A stretch of 64,000 nt of DNA from Octopus bimaculoides. Taxonomy: Eukaryota. Positions within the stretch are counted from its first letter, which is position 1; each line of letters opens with the position of its first letter. The notes under the pieces are model-generated. The model had not been told where the DNA came from and did no database searches. It saw nothing but the letters and a program-made list of their open reading frames with translations. This document shows, in pieces, positions 13,439 to 25,296 of the stretch. The stretch spans positions 54,710,533 to 54,774,532 of the forward strand of contig NC_068988.1 in NCBI RefSeq assembly GCF_001194135.2. Reading direction: 5' to 3'. A program made the position numbers and the translations under genes.

Positions 13439-14199
13439 CACACACTGTTATTTATATTATATATTGTTGATTAACTTCATTTTACTGTTATTTTAGTCAT
13501 CTCTCTCTCCCCACCTCTTTCCGCAATGTTTCTCTCAGTATCCTCCACTCCTTCCCTCTCTTACTCTTTTTCCCTTTCTTGCCCTCTCTCTCTTTCAGTA
13601 CACTCCCCCTACTCTCTCCTCTTATTCTTTGTCCATTTTTGTTTTGTGTAGCCCCTCCTCTCTCTCTCTCTCTCTCTTTCCTTTTCTATTCCTCTCCCTT
13701 TCTCTTTTGATCTCTACATCCATTATCTAGTTAACCATCCGCAGAACATGTATGAATAACTTTTAAAATGGTTATTGACAGTGATACCAGTAACGCCACC
13801 ACACTGCTGTCCCACCAGTTGCACATCACCACAATCATCATATCATTAATACAACTACAACAAAATTTATTACTACCACCCCCTCCACCATCATTCCAAC
13901 CATTACGTTACTGGCACCCTCAGTTTCCAACTATTATCCCACCATCTTCTTATCATAGCTACCACATAATTACCTTGTCCCTTTGTATTCCGTTAATATT
14001 ATGCTGTGACCAACGCTACTTCACTCTCCGTACTATGACGCAACTATTAGCTTGATTAACCCCTAGTAATATTTCAATCCTTTTGATAATTGTTCTGTTG
14101 AAAGTTGATGACTCTCACCTGCAGTGTCTTCTATTTGATATATATATATATATACCATCTGGTTTTACCTAAATCGAGCTGGTGTTTTCTGTACTGAAT

Positions 14200-14478
14200 G
14201 TGATTAAGAAGCTTGTTTTGCAACAGTATGGTTTCAAGTTCAGTCCCACTGTGTGACACCATGTGCAAATGTCTGCTATTATGGTTCCAGACAGACCAAT
14301 GCCCTGTGAGTGAATTTGGTAAACAGAAATTTTGTGTAAGCATGTATATACATGCATACACATATATTGTGTGCGTGTGTGTGTGTGTTTTTTTTTATTA
14401 CCCCTCACTATTTTGACAACCAGTGCTGGTTTGTTTGCATCGCCATAACTTAACATTTTGGCAAAAGAAACCAACAGG
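14200..14478 (+). mobile_element. SINE family A (A1 tail), partial
   Basis: ttaagaagcttg...gttcagtcccactgtgtgacacc core; ttgacaaccagtgctggtttgttt block. Confidence 0.65.
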
Positions 14479-15968
14479 GGTAGATTTCATTCTAATATGG
14501 GAGAAATTTTCTGATTATTAATGAAGAATGAAGGAAGACTGAAGATTTTCATTTTGAGTTTGAGCAGTTACAGAAGACCAATGTTTGTTGTTTCTCCTTA
14601 ATGTCGTATGATTTAACGGAGCTTGTGATATTGCTCAAAACATTAGTTATACCTCTCATCAAATAGCTGCACACCAATCAACATTTATTCCAAGTTAATC
14701 AGGCTGCCATTTCCACTCATTTCATCCTATCATATATATATATATGGTGTGTGTGTTTGTGTAACTACTCTATTTAACTAAGTAATATATTTGGAAGGGG
14801 CCCACCCACCCTTGTGTTCTCTTTATTCTCAATGGCAACAGACCAATTTATATATTTATATTCTAACCCATTAAAGTATTTCTACAATATCCGTTCAAAA
14901 TTACTGTTCATTATTTCACTTCTTGTAGAAAAATAATTGATTCATTAACGTATGTTTATTTTGCGAGAAAGTATTTTTTGTTTTTATCATCACCATCATC
15001 ATCAGTCAATATACTCTTTACCTTGTTCGTCTATTAGTCATATGAAAAAATTGGGGATGTGATGACAGTGTACACTTCTCACCATTATCCAGTCTTGTTT
15101 ACTGGAAGTTAGTTTTTTTTTTCATGTGTGTGTGTGTGTATATTACACACGAGTTTAACCACTTCAACATATTTGGCTTTGGACTACATCACACCAGTGG
15201 AGACCAGTCTGCTTACTAATTACTTCCCAATAGTTTATAATAATAATAATAATAACAACAATAAAGATAATAAATGTCCAGCCATTATGTTGCACTCAAT
15301 TGAATTAATAAATGGTTTGGTGTGTAGGTCGGTGGGGTTGAAAAGCTTAGGAAAGTGGGGGTAGCCAGAAAGAGTTAATCAAATAGGCAAGTTATTAGTG
15401 GTATTATTGTTGTTGTCGTTGTTATCATACTGGCTTGATTACTTTCGGTGTTTACAATGTTGATGTATTTACTCCTGTTTCTTTATCAGGTTTCATATGG
15501 TTAGTTTGATGGTCAGTAAGGGAGGGGCTCTGCTACAAACTCTTTACTTGCCAGTTTCTATACCTTTATGAAAATCAATAAGGAACCTAAAATTCCACTC
15601 AGTATGTAATGTTGATTTGGTTCAACAGTTGGAATTTAAACAGATTTCATCATACCAACTTTCTCACCTNNNNNNNNNNNNNNNNNNNNNNNNNNNNNNN
15701 NNNNNNNNNNNNNNNNNNNNNNNNNNNNNNNNNNNNNNNNNNNNNNNNNNNNNNNNNNNNNNNNNNNNNNNNNNNNNNNNNNNNNNNNNNNNNNNNNNNN
15801 NNNNNNNNNNNNNNNNNNNNNNNNNNNNNNNNNNNNNNNNNNNNNNNNNNNNNNNNNNNNNNNNNNNNNNNNNNNNNNNNNNNNNNNNNNNNNGTTTTTC
15901 ACGCTAACTACTTGATAAATTCTTATAAAGATTTTATCCTATTTTTTAAATATATATATATATATATA

Positions 15969-16008
<40 letters not shown>

Positions 16009-16014
16009 TGCACT

Positions 16015-16382
16015 GAGGCATGTTTGTGTGATTAAGAAGCTTGTTTCTCAATCATGAAGTCTTGGGTCTAATCCCTCTGTGTGGCATCTTGGGCAAGTGT
16101 CTTCTGCTACAGCAAGCATAGATCAAAGCCTTATGAGTGGGTTTGGTATATGGAAATTGAAAGAAGTCCATTATATATATATATCTATATATAAAACAAG
16201 TGGTACCCTGGAGGTTACGACAAATGTTCTAGTTGATATGATCAGTATAACAGCCTGCTCATGAAATTAACATGCAGGTTGATATGCATGCTCCACTGAA
16301 ATGCATATTATCAACATAGTCTCAAGGAGATTCAGTGTGACAAAGGATGTAGCATGGCTGGCCCTTTGAAATACAAGTATTA

Positions 16383-16413
<31 letters not shown>

Positions 16414-16641
16414 CATTATCATCATCGTTGTCGTTTAACGTCCGCTTTCCATGCTAGCATGGGTTGGACAATTTGACTGAGGACTGGTGAAAGCAGATGG
16501 CTACACCAGGCTCCAATCTGATTTGGCAGAGTTTCTACAGCTGAATGCCCTTTCTAATGCCAACCACTCTGAGAGTGTAGTGGGTGCTTTTACGTGCCAC
16601 CGGCACGAAGGCCAGTCAGGCGGTACTGGCAACGGCCATGC
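16015..16641. mobile_element. Repeat cluster: family A head (+, 16015-16175), family D tail fragment (-, 16205-16380), RTE 3' UTR (-, 16425-16641)
   Basis: Each segment matches its family elsewhere in the window; the RTE copy runs into the gap at 16642. Confidence 0.7.
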
Positions 16642-17495
16642 NNNNNNNNNNNNNNNNNNNNNNNNNNNNNNNNNNNNNNNNNNNNNNNNNNNNNNNNNNN
16701 NNNNNNNNNNNNNNNNNNNNNNNNNNNNNNNNNNNNNNNNNNNNNNNNNNNNNNNNNNNNNNNNNNNNNNNNNNNNNNNNNNNNNNNNNNNNNNNNNNNN
16801 NNNNNNNNNNNNNNNNNNNNNNNNNNNNNNNNNNNNNNNNNNNNNNNNNNNNNNNNNNNNNNNNNNNNNNNNNNNNNNNNNNNNNNNNNNNNNNNNNNNN
16901 NNNNNNNNNNNNNNNNNNNNNNNNNNNNNNNNNNNNNNNNNNNNNNNNNNNNNNNNNNNNNNNNNNNNNNNNNNNNNNNNNNNNNNNNNNNNNNNNNNNN
17001 NNNNNNNNNNNNNNNNNNNNNNNNNNNNNNNNNNNNNNNNNNNNNNNNNNNNNNNNNNNNNNNNNNNNNNNNNNNNNNNNNNNNNNNNNNNNNNNNNNNN
17101 NNNNNNNNNNNNNNNNNNNNNNNNNNNNNNNNNNNNNNNNNNNNNNNNNNNNNNNNNNNNNNNNNNNNNNNNNNNNNNNNNNNNNNNNNNNNNNNNNNNN
17201 NNNNNNNNNNNNNNNNNNNNNNNNNNNNNNNNNNNNNNNNNNNNNNNNNNNNNNNNNNNNNNNNNNNNNNNNNNNNNNNNNNNNNNNNNNNNNNNNNNNN
17301 NNNNNNNNNNNNNNNNNNNNNNNNNNNNNNNNNNNNNNNNNNNNNNNNNNNNNNNNNNNNNNNNNNNNNNNNNNNNNNNNNATGTATATCACGATTCATA
17401 CGCTGTTCACTTTTCTGACTTTTGTACATAATTCCATGTACTCTACATGCACCTTTGATGAGTTGTAGTGCACCTGAGAACTATACACAATAATT

Positions 17496-17534
<39 letters not shown>

Positions 17535-18483
17535 TCTGATGATGATGAAGATAAGATATAATTGATTTGCCAAACACATGGTTATTGCTAGTTTCCAAGT
17601 ATAACTCACACTTAAGTCATAGGCCGCACAGTTTCTAACATGGCACAAACTGTTGTCCACTTATAGTACTGGATACTCTTGACAAAAAGATCATGTGTTA
17701 GTTCCATTCTTTTAATACATTAGCCTTTTTTTTATGCCAGGAAAAAAATACAGAAAATTTAGAATTTTAAAGAAACAATTTATGATACTACTTGAAATTT
17801 GATTTTAGTCTCTTTCTAAGATATGTGATTATTATACATTTTAACATTTTTTCGTGTGTGTAATGGGTAAAATTATATAAAAATATTGGCGGAAATACAA
17901 TCTGACATGTTTTAAAATATGAGTGTGTGTGTGTGTGTGTGTTATGCGTTAGCATATTCTGTATGCGTTTGCTAATGTGAGTTTGTTGCTAAAAGTTCTT
18001 CTACATTATATAACCTCTCCATCTCCCAACCTCTTGGTCAATTAATCTAGATATTCTAATCTATTGCTGACTGTTATTAACTTGACAAACATGGGCTGCT
18101 GAGACAGCTTACAGCTTTTCCTGTACTCCAATAGCCTGACACAGGAAATCATTGAAATACACAGCAATTTTACAAGAGGGCACATATCCTTCGTGATATT
18201 GCTCTTTCCACGGTGAATCTTCTAACTCTTCAAATCTGTGATTTGGTGTTTATTTTTAATGCTTTGAGTTTTTTCACTGGTCAGAGAAGAGCAAACATAC
18301 CTTTTGAGAGACCACTTCAGTTGTGTATGGGTGGGGAGGTGTACGTGGATGAGTGTATGTGCATGCACACACTGTGTGTGTATGCATGTGTTTGTATGAG
18401 TAGGCAAGTATGTGTGGACATCATTAGACTTCTTAGAAAAATTTGATTCTTAGGAAAGCATTTTTATTATTTACTAACATTGA

Positions 18484-18710
18484 AGTGGTGAACTGGTAGA
18501 ATCGTTGGAGCATCAACCACAGTGCTTAGCAGTATTTCATTTGGCTCTTTATATTCTGAGTTCAAATTCCACTAAAGTTGACTTTGTCTTTCATCCTTTT
18601 GAGGTTAAGAAAAGAAGTACCAATTGAGCCCTGGGGTTGATGTAATCAACTAACACCTTAGCCCTAACATTGTTGGTATTGTACCAAAATTTGAAACCAT
18701 TAGTTACTAG
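18484..18710 (+). mobile_element. SINE family B (tail type c)
   Basis: gtggtgaactggtagaatcg head, core, and tail ttgtaccaaaatttgaaacc. Confidence 0.75.
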
Positions 18711-18751
18711 CATCTAGCATAAATCATTAACTCTTCAGAATGTATTATCAA

Positions 18752-19169
18752 AGGCGGTGAGCTGGCAGAAATGTTGGCACACCGGGCGAAATGCTTAGCA
18801 GTATTTTGTCTGCCATTAAGTTCTGAGTTCAAATACCACTGAGGTCGACTTTGCCTTCCATCCTTTCGGGGTCGATAAAATTAAGTACCAGTTACGCATT
18901 GGGGTCGATGCAATCGACTTAATCCCTTTGTCTGTCCTTGTTTGTCCCCTCTATGTTTAGCCCCTTGTGGGCAATAAAGAAATAAGAAACGTTGGCACAG
19001 TGGGCGAAATGCTTAGCTGGCTTTACGTTCTGAGTTCAAATTCCACCGAGGTCAACTTTGTCTTTCATCATTTCGGGGTCAATAAATTAAGTACCAGTTG
19101 TGTACTGAGGTCGATCTAATCAACTAGCCCCTTCCCCCAAAATTTCAGGCCTTGTGCCTAGAGTAGAAA
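18752..19169 (+). mobile_element. Dimeric SINE family B (tail a unit plus tail b unit) within one TSD
   Basis: Flanked by agaatgtat(t/c)atcaa at 18737-18751 and 19170-19184; second unit starts at about 18985. Confidence 0.85.
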
Positions 19170-19431
19170 AGAATGTATCATCAATATGTACTTGCTTTAA
19201 AAAATTGATTTTAGTACATTCAAATTGTTTTCTTGCTATAAAAGCAAAGTCTACCTCTAGAAAAATAGATTAGTTGTTCAGACAGAAAACAATAGAATTG
19301 ATAATCATCTAGATTATCAATATACATGAAGACCACAAGGTTAAGCAGGAAGTGATGACTAAGATTACTGCCTTGAGGTCACTTAACTCTATTTAAATTT
19401 TTTAATATTCTTCCACTATTTACTTCATTAG

Positions 19432-19560
19432 TGGAGGTGCATGGCTTAGTGGTTGGGATGTTGGACTCATGACTGTAAGATTGTGATTTTGATTCCTGAA
19501 CTGGAATATGCATTGTGTTCTTGAGCAAAACGTTTCATTTCATGTTGCATCCAGAGAGGA
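19432..19560 (+). mobile_element. SINE family D, 5' part
   Basis: gtggaggtgcatggcttagtggtt...ttgtgttcttgagcaaaac...catttcatgttgc. Confidence 0.7.
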
Positions 19561-21242
19561 ATGCTTGAGAAACTCAGAAACTCCTTCAGAGTAATGTGGA
19601 CTAATCATTTACTTCATTAAACATGGCCTCAGAAGCTAGCGCTCCCAGTTAAAAGTCTTTTTAGAACATTTCATTACAAGAGAATCATTTAGTGTTGTTC
19701 AAAGAATTAGTTGTCTTTGGTATGTTTGTTCCCAAACAACACTTATTTTAGTGCTGTTGACACTGCTGGATTGAATGGTACCGTCCAGGTGTCGAAATCA
19801 TAATGATATCCGTGAGGCAGCTGATGATGGAGGTATGTTGGATTGTTGGTATGGCTGTTTTTGTATGTATGGAATAGTATTATAACACATCCTTTTGATA
19901 TATATTGACACTTGTTTTTCAAACAAAATAAATAATAGGACAGTTGAAGTTTAGAGCTTAGAATAATCGGCTTAAGTTAGAAGGCTATAACCAAGACTAA
20001 ATTAATAGCTGGTAACAGGAACCATAGAAACTTCAAGAGGTACTGCTCACTTTGAAAGAAGAGAGCAGACAGAAGCTCAGCTCCATATGGTGGTCTATGT
20101 AAAGATTGTATACAAAAGATGTATTGGTATTTGGTACACTGCACTGCAAGTTGATAAACAAGAATCTATGAGTGAAAGACCATAGATAATCCCAGATGGT
20201 CTGCTAGAAATGGTAGATAAGGTGACATAATTGGTTATGGTTGGTGGAACTAGTTTCAGTAGAATGGCTAGAATTAGGGTGATGCGGAAGAAATTTACAT
20301 TGATATCTTTATTGGCAACTGAATACTTCTTTCTGATTTAAAGACAGACAGTATCAGGCATCTAAAAGAGGTCATATCATATCTTTGGAGAAATTTTCTT
20401 AAAAAAGATTTTACATGTTTTGTTTTTGTTGGCTGGTTTAAACATAAAAATAAAACAGGTAGAGTATTTGGGTCAAAATGCTAAAGAATTAAATCTTATT
20501 TCTCTACCAAGAAAGATTAGTGATCAGATTAACTGAAGCATTTTACATTGTAAAAGATGTTTCTTGTAATCAGTTCAGCCAGTTGTAATAATGTAGTGTT
20601 TCCCCAATTCATTTAACGTTAAACCAGTGATAGCCTAATTCTTGCCTAGGTAGGATGTTTGCCTTATTGTAAGGTTGTTACTCAGAAGATATTTAATGTC
20701 ATGAAACCACCAGACTAATTGAGATATCACCAGTCAGTTTAGCATCTTGTGTTAGAGGGGCTTTTCTCCTTCTGCCAATGTGTTAACTATAATGAATCTC
20801 TCTCATAGTGATGTCATTATTTATACCCCAAGCAGTAAACATTACTTCAGCTATCGTTACTTCAATGCAAGAATATCTATGTATTTACTCGGTCTGCTAG
20901 AAATAGCTGCTAAAATCTCCCTCATCACTCCCTGCCGCCTTCAAAAAGCAGCACATAAAAAAGTATATCCCTAGATATACAAAATGACCACAGCTAGAAT
21001 TTCTCTGATCATAGGTCTTCTCAATCGGAGATGATCTGTACCTAAACAACAAATATGAGAGTAGAAATATCTTTTGTAAATTCTATCATAACACAAGTTG
21101 ACATGGTAGGTATAGGGTGATAAATTTTTAAACAGCTTTCTTCTTTCTGTGTGATATCTGGATCATCATCATCATCATCATCATCATCACTTGTCATAAA
21201 AATCAATATTTTACTTCAATTGTTTTTCTTTCTCTCTTTCAG

Positions 21243-21430
21243 GTTGTTGATTTCGGCTGGCCAGATCATCTGGCACCACCCCTGGAGCGATTATGTAGCA
21301 TTTGCAAATCTATTGACTCTTGGTTAAATTCTGACCCTCAGCATATTGTTGTCATTCATTGTAAAGGAGGCAAAGGTAGAATTGCCGTGGTTACTGCTGC
21401 TTATATGAACTACTGTAACATCTGCTCCAG
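21243..21430 (+). CDS. TNS: Tensin exon C (WPD loop and P-loop): [62 protein letters not shown]
   Basis: Acceptor tctctctttcag, donor gtaact; 188 nt, phase 0-2; GWPD and HCKGGKGR motifs. Confidence 0.96.
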
Positions 21431-21674
21431 GTAACTTGGAATTATATCTTTTTTTTTACCTCTTTTCCAAACACATTACCATCACTCTTGGCCAAGATAT
21501 ATCGCTTCCAGGTAGATTCGAATTATGTTTGGTGTAACTTAGACTAGTTCTAATTTTTGGTATGTAAGTTTAGTGTCATTACTGGCACTATCTATTCCTG
21601 CTTTTATTGAAGTTGCTAGAGAACATAGTTTTGATGTGTCATTCCAAACTCAATCATGTAAATGGAACTGGTCA

Positions 21675-22407
21675 TCATCATCATCGTTTAACATCCGTTT
21701 TCCATGCTGGCATGGGTTGGACGGTTTGACTTAACTCTGGAAAGCCAGTGGCTGCACCAGGTTCCAATCTGATCTGGCAATGTTTCTACAGCTAGTTGCC
21801 CTTCCTAACACCAACCACTCTAAGAGTATAGTGGGTACTTTTTACATGCCACCAGCACAGGAGCCAGTTGGGGAGCATTGGCATCGACCACGTTCACAAG
21901 AACCAATCAAGCAGACCTGGCATCGACCACGTTCAGATGATGCTTTTTATGTGCTACTGGTATGGGAGCCAGTCAGTGGGCACTGGTATTGACTACGTTT
22001 GGATGGTGCATTTTACATGCCACCAGCACAAGAGCCAGTCAGTGGACGCTAGCATCAACCACATTTGGATGGTGCATTTTATGTGCCACCAGCATGGAAG
22101 CCAGTCAGGCAGCACTGGCCACAGCTATGATACTGGTTTTACTTGACTCAACAGGTCTTCTCAAGCATATCATATCGCCCAACGCATCAAGGGTACTTTT
22201 AAATGGGCCAGACATGCAACATTGGCATCGGCCATGGCTGCAATCTCACTTTAGTTGCCAGGTCTTCTCAATCACAGCATATCTCCAAAGGTCTTGGTCT
22301 CCTGTTATTGCCTCTGTGAGGCCCAACGTTTGAAGGTCATGTTTCACCACCTCATCCCATGTCTTCCTGGGTCTACCTTTTCCACAGGTTCCTTCCACAG
22401 TTAGGGT
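21675..22407 (-). mobile_element. 5'-truncated RTE-clade LINE: ORF2 C-terminus plus 3' UTR with internal tandem repeats
   Basis: Minus strand 22407-22246 translates without stops as TLTVEGTCGKGRPRKTWDEVVKHDLQTLGLTEAITGDQDLWRYAVIEKTWQLK* (RTE GRPRKTW..DL..D..WR motif); the tail ends in (GAT)n. Confidence 0.85.
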
Positions 22408-22662
22408 GACATTTAGTTAATTACCTGGGTCTTCCTAAGTTTGCCTCAGAAAAATTAAATTTATTCTTGGTACATTTCATGTTTAATCCAACAAACATTC
22501 TTACCTGTAACTTCTTTTATTTATTTCAGGTGAGTTCATATTTAATGTTACCTCTTTTAGTTCTATGTGCAACAGACCAGTGTCCCGTTTAGGGAAAGTC
22601 TTGTGATTTCGGTCACTTATATGCCTTATGAGTTCTAGGATTCAAGGCAGTACTTATTTACT

Positions 22663-22890
22663 GTGGAGGCATGTGGCTTAGTGGTTAGAGTGTTGGACTC
22701 ATGATCGTAAGATTGTGGTTTCAATTTCTGGACTGGGCAATGCATTGTATTCTTGAGAAAAACACTTCACTTCATGTTGCTCCAGTCCACTCAGCTGGCA
22801 AAAAGGATTAATCCTACAACAGGCCAGGGTCCCATCCAGGTGGGGAATATATAAATGCTGTGAAACCAGGAAACTAACCCTTATGAGTCA
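22663..22890 (+). mobile_element. SINE family D
   Basis: gtggaggcatgtggcttagtggttagagtgttgg head; gttgctccagtccactcagctggcaaaa core. Confidence 0.75.
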
Positions 22891-23015
22891 GTATAACTTA
22901 AGAAAGTAACTGTATCTATACCTATTACTTACCTACTTCTTGCTAGCCAGTCTTGGAACGTAGGAGTTGATTTCACATTCTGATTGTAGCTCATTATTTA
23001 TTTATTTTTTTTCAG

Positions 23016-23099
23016 CAAAGACCAAGCTCTTGATAGATTCGCTATGAAGCGATTTTATGATGACAAACTTGGTGGTTTGCCACAACCATCACAGAGAAG
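23016..23099 (+). CDS. TNS: Tensin exon D: [28 protein letters not shown]
   Basis: Acceptor ttttttttcag, donor gtaaga; 84 nt, phase 2-2; [13 protein letters not shown] and PSQRR are tensin hallmarks. Confidence 0.96.
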
Positions 23100-23473
23100 G
23101 TAAGACAACATATTTCTATTATTTCTTCCGTTTATCCTCGGACATTTTTGTTAAGACTACTGTTCTATTTTGCACATGACACTCTGGAAATAACAAACCC
23201 GGATGGTGGATCACCATAGATATCTGCTAATATCAGTGCACCAATGGTAGCTATATTAAAATGCTGGGGCACAAATGGTTTCAATGTAAAAATAGCAATT
23301 TGCATGGGCTAGCAAGGGAGCCTCTACATGGTCATATGCCCTGCAAGAAATAGTTGCTGAATCTCCCAGAAATCACTCTTTCTTCAATAATACAGGCCTA
23401 AACATTCCTGAAAGCAGGATGATTATGACTGGAACACTCTAGGTCTACTCACTCAAATTGAGAAATTTGAAAC

Positions 23474-23517
<44 letters not shown>

Positions 23518-23961
23518 GCATGCCAGACAAAATGCTCAGTTTCATCCTTCTTTACCTTTTGAGATCAAATTCCACCAATGTTGACTTTGTTTCTCATCCT
23601 TTTCATGTTGATAAAATAAGTACCAGTTGAGCACATTCTACTGAGGTCAACTTTGCTTGTCTCGCATCTCTGTCAGATTTGCCCACTAGATTGGATGCTA
23701 GTCACTGCATGTTAACTTGCCTATATGGTACTAGTGTTAATGTGTCTTGCCCTAGGACAAAGCTATGACCTACAGTTCCATTAAGTTCCAGCAATGATTA
23801 TACTGTTAATTGAGTTAAATCTTTTTTTTTATTGACAGTAATCTTAATATAACTTGGAGATGTTGATTTGTATAGGTGTACAGTGTGTGTGTGTCTAAAT
23901 TATTATCCACTTGACTTTGAGTTTTACAGCTTTTGACAGCTTTAAACGGTTGTGTCTGTGT

Positions 23962-24019
<58 letters not shown>

Positions 24020-24447
24020 GTGTTCCATTTACAGCGTGCATTTAACTTTGTATTTCAAACTTAGATGTGTGTGAGTATTTGTCCGTTTACTGTAATTATG
24101 TTATGTAGGTGACAGGGTGTGACAACAAAATACCTAGATCCTATTCTACTTAGCCTGCCTTAGTTGTTGTTACCAGCTGTACTGACAGTCATCATTCGCC
24201 ATGGGACTTTAGGTTCTCTGGTCTTTTTTTTTTTTTGCTGATGGTTGCTACTGTTGTTATGTAACTCAGCTCATCCCAGATTGAGCAAACTTATGATCAG
24301 AGGCATTCCAGCCATGGCTATCTTGTCTTTTCAAGACTACAGTTTCCAATATGTTCTTTTCTAAGACAGTGTGGCATGATTTGAGAGATTCAGGTATCAT
24401 TTCTAGTATGTTGAGCAACTATAAAGAGGTTTCCTCTTTGGCTCATT

Positions 24448-24499
<52 letters not shown>

Positions 24500-25227
24500 N
24501 NNNNNNNNNNNNNNNNNNNNNNNNNNNNNNNNNNNNNNNNNNNNNNNNNNNNNNNNNNNNNNNNNNNNNNNNNNNNNNNNNNNNNNNNNNNNNNNNNNNN
24601 NNNNNNNNNNNNNNNNNNNNNNNNNNNNNNNNNNNNNNNNNNNNNNNNNNNNNNNNNNNNNNNNNNNNNNNNNNNNNNNNNNNNNNNNNNNNNNNNNNNN
24701 NNNNNNNNNNNNNNNNNNNNNNNNNNNNNNNNNNNNNNNNNNNNNNNNNNNNNNNNNNNNNNNNNNNNNNNNNNNNNNNNNNNNNNNNNNNNNNNNNNNN
24801 NNNNNNNNNNNNNNNNNNNNNNNNNNNNNNNNNNNNNNNNNNNNNNNNNNNNNNNNNNNNNNNNNNNNNNNNNNNNNNNNNNNNNNNNNNNNNNNNNNNN
24901 NNNNNNNNNNNNNNNNNNNNNNNNNNNNNNNNNNNNNNNNNNNNNNNNNNNNNNNNNNNNNNNNNNNNNNNNNNNNNNNNNNNNNNNNNNNNNNNNNNNN
25001 NNNNNNNNNNNNNNNNNNNNNNNNNNNNNNNNNNNNNNNNNNNNNNNNNNNNNNNNNNNNNNNNNNNNNNNNNNNNNNNNNNNNNNNNNNNNNNNNNNNN
25101 NNNNNNNNNNNNNNNNNNNNNNNNNNNNNNNNNNNNNNNNNNNNNNNNNNNNNNNNNNNNNNNNNNNNNNNNNNNNNNNNNNNNNNNNNNNNNNNNNNNC
25201 AGTCAAATGACTGAAACAGATGAAAGA

Positions 25228-25296
<69 letters not shown>

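Noticed and set aside
18752-18840. tRNA genes at SINE heads (also 8700-8803, 22663, 32645, 44730)
   Set aside because: A/B-box-like motifs continue into SINE cores and tails; no complete cloverleaf is evident.
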